From the NCBI GenBank assembly GCA_024654065.1, contig JANLIQ010000076.1:1-44109 (forward strand): a stretch of 44,109 nucleotides of DNA. Direction: 5' to 3'. How positions within the stretch are numbered: the first letter of the stretch is position 1; every line of letters begins with the position of its first letter. The DNA comes from Candidatus Berkelbacteria bacterium. GTDB lineage: Bacteria; Patescibacteriota; UBA1384; 2-12-FULL-50-11. Positions 8,323 to 18,600 of this stretch are shown one piece after another. A program made the position numbers and the translations under genes. The notes beneath the pieces were generated by a model. The model did not search any database, had not been told where the DNA came from, and saw nothing but the letters and a program-made list of their open reading frames with translations.

Positions 8323-11300
8323 CCCTTATTCCCTGGTGCTACTTTAGACTTTTCGGCAGCCAAACCAACGGTAACTTCTGTTGGGTCAATTTTGACATCC
8401 ACCCCGTAGCCCGTACCTGCCGGGATAAGCTTACCGATAATAACGTTTTCCTTAAGGCCACGGAGGGGGGCAACCTGACCCTTCATTGCGGCTTTAATCA
8501 AGACGCTCGTTGTCTCCTGGAAGGAAGCAGCAGAGAGGAAGGATTTAGTGTTTAGAGAGGCTCGAGTAATACCAAGAACGATTTGTTCGTAGTCAATTGG
8601 AACAGCTTTCTCTTTTTTAAGTCGGAGGTTGATGTTGTCAGACTCCAACTTGTCTATAACCTGGCCGGTTAAGAAGGTTGAATCACCGCCCTGCAGTACA
8701 CGAACTTTGGCAAACATTGCACGAGCAATAATCTCGATGTGCTTTTCATTAACCGCAGCACCGTGAGAAGCGTAGATGTTCTGAACTTCTTTAATAATGT
8801 AGGCCTGGGTTGCTTCTAGACCACGTAGATCAAGAGATTGACCTAGATCAATATGGCCATCTGTTAATTTAGCGCCCTTTTCAACCATATCACCGTTCTT
8901 GATAGAGACGTTTATATCTGGGGAAACAGTGTAGCTTACAGTCACAGGCTCAAGCGAGGTAACGGTAATAGTCTTGCCTTTGATGTTGACACGCCCACCA
9001 ATATTAGAACGGATCGCCTTTTTATCTATTGCCGTTGCAACGGCTTGCTTTGCCTTAACAACATCGCCGTTTTTAACTGATAGTTGGTAGTCCTCGATGA
9101 GCACGAATGACTCTTTTGGAATGTCATCGGAAATTATTTCAATAAGCTGTTTATCTTTGTGTTCACTAAGAAGAGCCTTTCCAGAAATCTCGGCTAGAAT
9201 TGCTGGATTGTGAGGCGGACGAGCTTCAAAGATTTCTTCAACTCGTGGCAAACCAGAAGTAATATCTCCGACAGAAACACCGCCCATGTGGAAGGTTTTC
9301 ATTGTTAGCTGAGTTCCAGGTTCACCAATCGCCTGAGCGGCCATGATACCAACAGCGGTACCTACTTTAACAATTTCGCCACTTGCAAGATCGCGTCCAT
9401 AACATTTCTGACAGATCCCCCAAGGTGCACGGCAGTAGAGAGCAGAACGAACCAAAAGTTCGGTTTTTCCAACTTCATTAAGACCAGCTACGATCTCTTC
9501 AGTAATTTCCTGCCCAGCCTTAAGGATAACTTTTCCATCTTTGCTCTTAACTGTCTCCATGCTTACGCGGCCAAGCAGTCTCTCCAAGAATGACTCACCG
9601 TACTCCTGTGATTCAGATTCACGAACAATATTACCGCGCTCAGATTTACAGTCTTCGATAGTAATTACTAAGTCCTGCGCAACATCAACCAGACGTCGGG
9701 TTAAGTAGCCGGCATCGGCAGTTTTAAGAGAAGTGTCAGACTTTCCTTTTCGAGAACCGTGAGTTGAGATGAAATACTCAAGTACTGAGAGTCCCTCTTT
9801 GTAGTTAGATATAATAGGGACTTCAATGATTCCACCGGCCGGGTTAACCACCAATCCCTTCATTCCAGAAAGCTGTGTCATCTGGTTACTTGAACCTCGG
9901 GCACCTGATGACACCATAGTGAAGATTGAACGAGACTTCGGAAGGTCGTTCATAACCTCTTTCTGAATGCGGTTACGGATCTCAGTCCATTTCTCAATAG
10001 TTAGTTTACGTCGCTCATCGTCGGTAATTAAACCACGTCGGTAACGCTTCATAATCTCATCAACAGCTTCTTCGCCTTCGGCAATAAGTTTGCCTTTCTG
10101 TTCTGGAACGTGAACGTCTGAGATAGACATTGTCATTCCGGATTTCTCAGCGAACTTAAATCCGAGCTGCATTAGATCGTCAGCAACACGGGCAGTTTCA
10201 GCCTGACCGTATATTTTGTAGATGTGACGAATAACTACCTTAAGGCGTTTTGTATCTAATGGCTCGTTGATGAAAACATATCCCTCTGGGAGCACAGCAT
10301 TTAATAGTGCTCTACCGACAGTGGTGTCAATTCGCTTTCCATCACTCATGCGAAGTTGAATTTTTGCCTGAGGGTGAATATTGCCACGTTGGTAAGCAAG
10401 ATCTACCTCTTGTGTTGAAGCGAATGCTCGGCCTTCGCCCTCGACTCCTGCCTGTTCGTTAGTTAAGTAGAAGATACCAAATACGATATCTAGTCGTGGT
10501 GTTACCAATGGCTCACCAGAGGCTGGTTTTAGAAGGTTGTGGCTTGAAAGCATCAAATCGCCTGCCTCTTGTCTGGCTTGGGTGGATAACGGAACGTGAA
10601 CAGCCATCTGGTCACCATCAAAGTCGGCGTTGTAAGCAGCACAAACCAACGGATGTAGCTGTATGGCTTTACCTTCAATTAAAAGTGGGCTGAAAGCCTG
10701 GATACCAAGACGGTGAAGCGTTGGAGCACGATTAAGAAGAACGTGAGCTCCTTTAGTTACGGATTCCAAAATTTCCCAAACTTCAGGAGTACCACGATCA
10801 ATCAAACGAGAAGCGTTTTTAACATTGTGAACGTAGCCTTCGCTAATGAGTTTTGAGATTACAAATGGCTTAAATAGCTCTAATGCCATGACTTTCGGTA
10901 GTCCACATTGATCAAGTTTAAGTCGTGGACCAACAACAATAACGGACCGGCCTGAGTAATCTACTCGTTTACCAAGTAAGTTCTGGCGAAAACGACCCTG
11001 TTTACCGCGGAGCATGTCCGACAATGAACGAGGTTGGCGTCCACCAGCTGTAGTCTGACCCTTGCGAGCAGAGTTATCTATCAAAGCATCAACTGCTTCC
11101 TGAAGCATTCTCTTTTCGTTACGAACAATAACGTCAGGTGCACCCTGGTTCATCAGTCTCTTAAGACGATTGTTTCGGTTTAAAACACGGCGGTAAAGAT
11201 CATTCAAGTCACTGGAAGCGAAACGACCACCATCAAGCTGAACCATCGGTCGCAAATCCGGTGGTAGAACAGGCAATTTACCGATTATTAACCAGTCTGC

Positions 11301-12131
11301 ACGGATACCTGCAAGCTTCATGTCAGTTAAGACACGGAGACGCTTCATCAAACGACGGTAAGTGTTGCTTTGAACATTGCTGGCGTGTGCCTTAATTGCA
11401 GAAATCTCAGCGTCAAGGTCAATCTTTTTCAATAGTTCGAGAATTGCTTCTGCGCCAATAGCGACTTTAATAATATTGCCAAACCTTAATGAAATCTCAT
11501 GGAATTTGGCTTCTGGTAGAATCTGACGAGGCAGTAAGGACTGAAGGTCAGATTTAGTTTGTTTATAGTTTAATTCTAGCTGCTCAAGACGCTCCACGGA
11601 ATCTTTAAGCATTTCTTTTGCGCTCTTATATTCACTCTCTAGCTGAGAAAGCGCTTCAGCTTTAAGCTGTTCGTCAACACCAGTTACCACAAAGCTTGCA
11701 AAGTAGATTACTTTTTCAAGATCACTCACAGAGATGTCAAGAATTGTGCTTAAGATATATGGCACACCACGAACGTACCAGATATGGGCTACGGGTACCG
11801 CTAGATCAATATGACCCATCCGCTCACGTCGAACGGAGCTACGAGTTACTTCAACACCACATTTATCACAGATAACACCTTTGTAACGAATCCGCTTGTA
11901 CTTACCGCAGTAACACTCCCAGTCTTTAGTAGGACCAAAAATCCGCTCATCGAAGAGACCATCACGCTCTGGTTTCTGTGTTCGGTAGTTAATGGTTTCA
12001 GGCTTCATAACCTCGCCGTAAGACCATTTTTCAATATCTTCAGGCGAAGCAACACGAAGACGGAGTCCTTCAAAATTAAGAAGGCTAAATTCGGCTTTCT
12101 CTGGCTTGGTATTTAGTTTTAGTTCGGCCAT
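8319..12131 (-). CDS. rpoC: DNA-directed RNA polymerase subunit beta'
   Basis: Zn finger CYCGKYK..CDKC, NADFDGD active site and GEPGTQLTM. Confidence 0.99.
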   Translation of the reverse strand: MAELKLNTKPEKAEFSLLNFEGLRLRVASPEDIEKWSYGEVMKPETINYRTQKPERDGLFDERIFGPTKDWECYCGKYKRIRYKGVICDKCGVEVTRSSVRRERMGHIDLAVPVAHIWYVRGVPYILSTILDISVSDLEKVIYFASFVVTGVDEQLKAEALSQLESEYKSAKEMLKDSVERLEQLELNYKQTKSDLQSLLPRQILPEAKFHEISLRFGNIIKVAIGAEAILELLKKIDLDAEISAIKAHASNVQSNTYRRLMKRLRVLTDMKLAGIRADWLIIGKLPVLPPDLRPMVQLDGGRFASSDLNDLYRRVLNRNNRLKRLMNQGAPDVIVRNEKRMLQEAVDALIDNSARKGQTTAGGRQPRSLSDMLRGKQGRFRQNLLGKRVDYSGRSVIVVGPRLKLDQCGLPKVMALELFKPFVISKLISEGYVHNVKNASRLIDRGTPEVWEILESVTKGAHVLLNRAPTLHRLGIQAFSPLLIEGKAIQLHPLVCAAYNADFDGDQMAVHVPLSTQARQEAGDLMLSSHNLLKPASGEPLVTPRLDIVFGIFYLTNEQAGVEGEGRAFASTQEVDLAYQRGNIHPQAKIQLRMSDGKRIDTTVGRALLNAVLPEGYVFINEPLDTKRLKVVIRHIYKIYGQAETARVADDLMQLGFKFAEKSGMTMSISDVHVPEQKGKLIAEGEEAVDEIMKRYRRGLITDDERRKLTIEKWTEIRNRIQKEVMNDLPKSRSIFTMVSSGARGSSNQMTQLSGMKGLVVNPAGGIIEVPIISNYKEGLSVLEYFISTHGSRKGKSDTSLKTADAGYLTRRLVDVAQDLVITIEDCKSERGNIVRESESQEYGESFLERLLGRVSMETVKSKDGKVILKAGQEITEEIVAGLNEVGKTELLVRSALYCRAPWGICQKCYGRDLASGEIVKVGTAVGIMAAQAIGEPGTQLTMKTFHMGGVSVGDITSGLPRVEEIFEARPPHNPAILAEISGKALLSEHKDKQLIEIISDDIPKESFVLIEDYQLSVKNGDVVKAKQAVATAIDKKAIRSNIGGRVNIKGKTITVTSLEPVTVSYTVSPDINVSIKNGDMVEKGAKLTDGHIDLGQSLDLRGLEATQAYIIKEVQNIYASHGAAVNEKHIEIIARAMFAKVRVLQGGDSTFLTGQVIDKLESDNINLRLKKEKAVPIDYEQIVLGITRASLNTKSFLSAASFQETTSVLIKAAMKGQVAPLRGLKENVIIGKLIPAGTGYGVDVKIDPTEVTVGLAAEKSKVAPGNKG

Positions 12132-15100
12132 TATTTTGTCTCCTTACTCGCTTCTTTAATTTCTTCTGGTTCTTCGGCTAGTTCTGCTTCGTCCATCTGG
12201 GGTTCTTTTAATTCTTCTGAAGCTAGGTCAAGAGATTCCGCTTCTTCGTCTACTTTCATACCCGAAGCAAAGACTTCAGCCTGCATTAAGGCTCGCTGGC
12301 TTTCCAGCTCCTGCAACCGCTCTTCGTTTTCGATTACTTCAACGTTCAAGCTCAGCCCCTGTAATTCGCGCACCAAGACGGCAAACGACGCTGGAACCTG
12401 TGGTTTCTGGATCTCTTCACCACGGATAATTGCTTCGTAAGCCTTCGCTCGCCCGATAACATCATCAGATTTGATTGTTAGCATTTCCTGTAAGGAATGG
12501 GCTGCCCCGTAAGCTTCAAGGGCCCAAACTTCCATTTCACCGAAACGCTGTCCGCCAAACTGGGCCTTACCACCGAGAGGTTGTTGAGTAACCATTGAGT
12601 AAGGTCCGGTTGAGCGAGCATGCATCTTGTCATCAACAAGGTGAATTAATTTAAGCATGTACTTAATACCGACCGTTGTCTGTTCGTCGTAACCGATACC
12701 TGCTCGTCCGTCACGGAGCTGGATCTTACCGGTCTCAGGCAATCCAGCCTTTTTAAGCTCGGTTACTATATCTTCTACCGGAACACCGAAGAAGGCAGGT
12801 GTTGCAACTTTGTAGCCCAGTATTTTAGCGGCCCAACCTAAGTGAGTTTCTAGAATCTGACCTAAATTCATACGTGAGATAACGCCAAGTGGGTTAAGGA
12901 TGATATCAACAGGTGTACCGTCAGGTAGAAATGGCATATCTGCCTCTGGGAGAACGACTGAAATAACACCTTTGTTGCCGTGTCGTCCTGCCATCTTATC
13001 CCCTACCGTAACTTTACGTAACTGTGCGATCGAAACTTCAATTTGCTGGTAAACACCAGCTGGTAATTCGTCGCCTTTATCTTTTGAGAAGATCTTTACC
13101 TCAACAATCTTGCCGCGTTCACCGTGCGGTAGACGGAGTGAAGTATCTTTTACGTCTTTAGCTTTTTCACCAAAGATTGCTCGTAGCAGTTTCTCTTCCG
13201 CGGTAAGTTCGGTCTCACCCTTAGGTGTAATTTTTCCAACGAGAATATCACCAGATGAACACTCTGCTCCAATACGAACAATTCCTTGTTCGTCGAGATT
13301 TGCTAGAGCTTCATCACCAACATTTGGAATGTCTCGAGTGATTAACTCTGGACCAAGTTTAGTGTCACGAACTTCTGTTGAATATTTCTCAATGTGAATA
13401 GAAGTAAAACGATCATTTCGAACTAAGCGCTCCGAAACGATAATAGCATCCTCGTAGTTGTAACCGCCCCAGCTTAGATATGCGACAGTTACGTTTTGAC
13501 CAATTGCAAGCTCTCCTTGATCTGAAGCCGAAGAGTCGACAATCACCTGGCCTTTAGTAACCTTATCGCCAATCTTTACTGTTGAGCGCTGGTTAATACA
13601 GGTGCTTTGGTTTGAACGAACAAACTTAGATAGAAGGTAAGTTTTTTCCTTAGAACCGGTTTTAATTCGGATCTGCTCACCGTCAGCGTATGTAACTACA
13701 CCGTCATCTTCCGAAACAACTAATTGTCCAGAATCTTTCACAGCACCTTCTAGTCCGGTACCAATAATTGGTGCCTGCGGTCGTACCAGGGGGACTGCTT
13801 GTCGTTGCATGTTTGAACCCATCGATGCACGAGTAGCATCGTTATGTTCAACGAACGGAATTAAAGCAGAGGAGATAGATACAGTCTGTTGAGGAGATAC
13901 GTCGATATAGTCAACTTTGGTTGGGCTTTCAATTAATGGATCACCGTGGCGACGAGCAATAACCTTAGAGCCAACAATGTAGCCGTCTTTATCTAGTTTA
14001 GTTGAGAACGGTGCTAAGGTGTATTTCTCTTCTTCGAAAGCATCTAGATATTCAACCTTACTAGTAACACGAGCTTTCGAGCCTTTTATTTCAATCTTAC
14101 GAAACGGGGTTTCGATGAAGCCATATTCGTTAACACGAGCGTTAGATGCCAGGTAGCCTACCAAGCCAATATTTTGACCTTCTGGAGTTGTGATCGGACA
14201 AACACGACCGTAGTGAGAACGGTGAACGTCACGAACGTCAAAGCCGGCATGTTCTCGAGACAATCCCCCAGGGCCGGTAGCAGATAGAGTTCTTTTATGC
14301 TCCAACTCTGCCAAAGGGTTGGTTTGGTTCATAAACTGGCTCATCTGACTGGATGCGAAGAACTCCTGTAGAATAGCGGCGACTGGACGTGAGTTTATAA
14401 GAGCAATTGGGTTAACCTCATCTGGCTCAGCAATCTGACTCATACGGTCTTTGATAATACGTTCTACACGAAGCAGACCAACACGAATGCGGTTCTGAAC
14501 TAACTCACCGACAGCGCGAACTCGTCGATTCTTTAAATGATCCACGTCATCAGGCAGACTTCCTGGAGTATTGTTTAGACGAATTATCTCTTTGATAGTT
14601 TCAACAACGTCCTCAAGACGTAACACACGATTCTTATCTGTGTTTGGAACGTTCATCTCTAAACGTTGATTGATCTTGTAGCGACCAACACGACCTAGGT
14701 CGTATCGTTTTGCATTGAAAAAGATTGTATCTATATAGCTTTTGGCAGTCTCTGGAGTTACTAAGTCACCGGGACGAATTCGCTTGTAAACCTCAACTAA
14801 CGCCTCTTCGTAAGTAGCAGCAGGGTCACGAGCTAAAGTTGACTCTATATACTGAGCATCTTTATTGGTATCTACGTCCTTAAACAAGGTGGTGATCTGT
14901 TTGTCGTCTAGTTTTGCCAGTGCTCGCAAGAAAGTGGTAATGGGGATGCGTCGTTTTCGATCAACCTTAACCGAAATGACATTGCGAGAGTTCGTTTCAA
15001 ACTCTAGCCATGCGCCACGATTAGGGATGACTTTAGCCCCAAAGAGATTTCTGCCACCAATGGTTTCACTAGTAAACAACACGCCAAATGAACGAACAAT

Positions 15101-15478
15101 CTGGGAAACAACAACCCGTTCGACACCGTTAATAATGAAGGTGCCACGATCAGTCATTAATGGGAAATCACCTAAAAAGACCTCTCCCGTTTTAGTCTTG
15201 TTGGTTAGTTTATTCGTTAGTTTAATTTGGCACCGAAGAGGAGCCTTATAAGAGAGATTCTTGTCTTTAGAAGTCTTCTCGTCGTATTTAGCCGGATCTA
15301 GTGAGTATTTGCCAAATTCTAAGGAAAAGAGCTTACCGGTGAAATCTTCAACTGGTGAGATTTCATTCAAGAGTTCACCAATGCCCTCATCAAAAAGCCA
15401 GCCGTAACTTTTCAGCTGCACTTCAATTAAATTAGAGAGTCCCTCCTGAGCTTCCAATGGGCGAAACAACTTGCGCAG
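12131..15478 (-). CDS. rpoB: DNA-directed RNA polymerase subunit beta (start CTG 15478 or TTG 15469)
   Basis: GTFIINGVERV, GDKMAGRHGNKG and GGQRFGEMEVWALEAYGA. An in-frame stop at 15491 limits the start to non-ATG codons after AGGAGG. Confidence 0.98.
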   Translation of the reverse strand: MRKLFRPLEAQEGLSNLIEVQLKSYGWLFDEGIGELLNEISPVEDFTGKLFSLEFGKYSLDPAKYDEKTSKDKNLSYKAPLRCQIKLTNKLTNKTKTGEVFLGDFPLMTDRGTFIINGVERVVVSQIVRSFGVLFTSETIGGRNLFGAKVIPNRGAWLEFETNSRNVISVKVDRKRRIPITTFLRALAKLDDKQITTLFKDVDTNKDAQYIESTLARDPAATYEEALVEVYKRIRPGDLVTPETAKSYIDTIFFNAKRYDLGRVGRYKINQRLEMNVPNTDKNRVLRLEDVVETIKEIIRLNNTPGSLPDDVDHLKNRRVRAVGELVQNRIRVGLLRVERIIKDRMSQIAEPDEVNPIALINSRPVAAILQEFFASSQMSQFMNQTNPLAELEHKRTLSATGPGGLSREHAGFDVRDVHRSHYGRVCPITTPEGQNIGLVGYLASNARVNEYGFIETPFRKIEIKGSKARVTSKVEYLDAFEEEKYTLAPFSTKLDKDGYIVGSKVIARRHGDPLIESPTKVDYIDVSPQQTVSISSALIPFVEHNDATRASMGSNMQRQAVPLVRPQAPIIGTGLEGAVKDSGQLVVSEDDGVVTYADGEQIRIKTGSKEKTYLLSKFVRSNQSTCINQRSTVKIGDKVTKGQVIVDSSASDQGELAIGQNVTVAYLSWGGYNYEDAIIVSERLVRNDRFTSIHIEKYSTEVRDTKLGPELITRDIPNVGDEALANLDEQGIVRIGAECSSGDILVGKITPKGETELTAEEKLLRAIFGEKAKDVKDTSLRLPHGERGKIVEVKIFSKDKGDELPAGVYQQIEVSIAQLRKVTVGDKMAGRHGNKGVISVVLPEADMPFLPDGTPVDIILNPLGVISRMNLGQILETHLGWAAKILGYKVATPAFFGVPVEDIVTELKKAGLPETGKIQLRDGRAGIGYDEQTTVGIKYMLKLIHLVDDKMHARSTGPYSMVTQQPLGGKAQFGGQRFGEMEVWALEAYGAAHSLQEMLTIKSDDVIGRAKAYEAIIRGEEIQKPQVPASFAVLVRELQGLSLNVEVIENEERLQELESQRALMQAEVFASGMKVDEEAESLDLASEELKEPQMDEAELAEEPEEIKEASKETK

Positions 15479-15494
15479 TATTCCTCCTAGCTAG

Positions 15495-15555
15495 TTAAAC
15501 AAAAAGCCACTCCGTTATGGAGCAAAACACCCTCGACGCTATGTCGTTTGTTTAT
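15495..15555 (-). promoter_or_regulatory. Candidate structured rpoB 5' leader
   Basis: Minus strand TAAACAAA...TTTGTTTA closing stem encloses hairpins CGAC atagc GTCG and GCTCC ataac GGAGT. Promoter TTGACA..TATTAT at ~15615-15588. Confidence 0.45.
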
Positions 15556-15654
15556 TTCTCCTATTTCCCCAACCTGTTCCGAAACTAATAATAACTGAAT
15601 CGAACCGTTTGTCAATAGGCAATTTCTGACAGCTAAGTTTGAAGAACCCTACGA

Positions 15655-18600
15655 CTAACTCAGCACCTCAAGCAGGTTATTATAGCCAGCGTTTTTAGCA
15701 AAGTTGTTCAGACTATAAAGGTTTTTTAATAATAACGTGATCCGTAGAGGTACTTTTAAGCCGACTTCTTTAATCTTCGTAACCAGATCAAATATTCCCT
15801 CTGGATTCTCAGCAATAGATACCGAGTTAACACCGTTTGATAATAAAGCCATAAGCTCTTCTTTGGAAAAAGTTGTATCATGATTCTCTGGCTGTCGAAG
15901 GAGATATTCGGCTAAAGCTCCCCTGACATTATCACCTGTTAAGCTCCCGAACAGTTGACGGTCATCATCTGATAGCTCTAAATAAAAATTTCGATCCAAG
16001 ATAGCCACCTTCTTATCTTCGGTTATTCTGAAGTTACCCGGGTGAACGTCGGAGTGTACGACACCGCTGACTATTTGATAGAGATAGTTGGAGGTAACTA
16101 GTCGAACGACTTCTTTCATGTCCTGTTCGGACAGTATTCCTTCTTGGTAATTTGTTGAATCGCCAACGCGAAACTGCGTCAGATTCTTTCCTTCTATAAA
16201 CTCCTCGACCTTGACGTACTTACCGCTATTCTCATCCAAACGAGGTACTTGAATCTGATAATCGCTTCCCTCAACCTTAAACCCGTTCCAATTTGCGTTG
16301 AATTGCCTTTCATTCTCGATAAAGCGCTCGTCATTAATATCCGACAAAAGCCATTCCTCGAGATCGGCAAGTAGATGTTCTTTAACCATCTTGTAATGAA
16401 GGTTGTCTGGAGACTTTTTTATAAGACGATCGGCAGTACGATGGGCAAGGTTCATTGACTCTCGAATTCGCTGTTCGGCATTCGGATTAAGAACTTTTAC
16501 TACCGTAGGGGTCTCGACGGACGGATTGTCATGGCGATAGACTGTTAAAAGCGAGCCGCCGCCGACTCGCGCCGAAAGCATACTGTCTTCCTGGAGTAGG
16601 TCCGGTCTTTCGCGTTGAATTGTACGGAAAGCTGATAATTTTGATTGGCCTTTAATTGAGTCGTACACGGCGGAGAATTTCTGCTCCACGGCCGGATCAA
16701 TATGGACATATTGTCCGAGTAGTTGCAAGAAGCGAACGCCGGGAGCGCCAAGCGTCGTAGCGACTTCGATCATTGCCTCGGACTCCTCCATCTTTTCAAA
16801 AATAACCCCCTCACGATAAGCCTCGGGCAGAGACCGTAGCACTTCCTGCTCCCCGAAGTTAATCGGTCGCTCCGAGTTCTCGGTGCCGATTTTTCCGTGG
16901 AATGACCAACGGTATGTTTTTTCTACAGCAGCGTCACCAAGTGTTTCATAGCCTGGAACCTCTACGGGCAGTTCTCGATCCAGTTCGTCTTCGAATCCAG
17001 AACCCTCCTGCTTGTACTCGTCGCGGATCGTCTCTTTGATAATCGAGCGGTAATCGGCTGACTCGGTCGGACGTTGAAGAATTGCGCGAGCCAGTAGAGG
17101 GCTTAGAAGAAAGTAGAGTTCGTCTTTATTGGCTGCACCCGCTAGTGACTCCATAATCTCATCCACCATTTGCACGCGTTCAGGCTTCAGTTTGACGTGA
17201 TTGTCGAATAAGCGATGAGCAACCTCCATAGTATTGTGTCGGGTATTTAGAACACCATCCTCGGGTTTGGTTAAAAGCTTTCGAACAATGCCGTGCCGTT
17301 CGACGATGTTGCTTCGATACAAACGCTCAAGCAGGTCGTCTATACGGACATATAATTGTCCTCTGTATGAATCGACATCCTGACGCAGAGCCGGTTTGTC
17401 TTCTATCCAACTATTAATTTTTTCAGGCGAGTCAAAATAGGTAAGCGTAGACGGATCAAGTCGTCCGGCGACATCTGATTCTTTCGTAATTACACCCCAC
17501 CAGTGTTCAATTAAAATACGGGCAAAACCCTGTTCATCCTCCCGAGTTTCGGTAAGCGCCAGAAGCGAGCCACTTGGATCTTTCAGTATCTTTTCCAGCA
17601 CCGCGTCTGCTCCGGTGAGCGTGCCGATTTCCTTCGAAGATTCTTGGTATGAATCCAGAATATATTTTTGAACTTCGATCATCTGCGCAGGAGTTTGAGC
17701 CAGATTCTCTGTCAGGTGGTCGATAAGTTCCGGCGAGTCTCCGACGCCGATCTTTTTATCCACAAAAAGAAGAGTCTTCAGCTCGCCATAAGTAACACCA
17801 TGAGCCAGCTCATTCGCGGCGAAAGCTTTAACCCGCCGTCGGATATCCGAGTCGATGAATAAGTCTGCCAGCAACATCTTTCTTTCGGGTAATAGGTTCG
17901 GGTTCCATAATTTTTGAATAACTTCCTGAATCGTTTCTAATAGTTTCTCGACATCATAAATGTCGGAATTAAGCCGCGGCCATGAGAATCTGGTGAATTG
18001 ATACCAGCGTTCCAATCCGCTCCACGCTTTTTCATTTTCGAGCTTGATTGCTTTTTCCATGAGGTTGGTGAAAAGATTAGGCCATTCATACAAACCCTTC
18101 ATCCATTGGCCACTGCCTTCAAAATAAGAGTCGCTCAAGCTCTTAAACAGCTCCAGGAGCGCCGCCTCCTTTTCTGAATCATCTTGCGAGTAAATACTGT
18201 CAAAAGCGCGGATGGTAGAGTTACAGATATCGCTCCAAAGTGAACTGTTAATATCGTAATGTCCCGCATCTAGCATTAATTCCTTATAAAGATTCAAAAC
18301 TCGCGCCTGCGACTCGGGCTGATTATTATCGATCTTCAGTCGATCATCTTCTTCTAGTGCAAGTAGAATGTTCAGGTAGGTAGAACTAGCATCCATCGGC
18401 GCCATTGAAGAGCAATTCTCTCGTAAGATAGTCGGGAATCTCTCCATATTAGTCGCGATATAGCTGATAATTTTTTCGTCCGCATCTCCGGACACTTCGT
18501 TGCTTCCACCGGTTGTTTTGTTGAACTGTTTCAGTAGCTGCGAGAACTCATCGGACTCTACTCTCTCTTTTGAAACGATCGAATCTAACACCCGGCGTAC

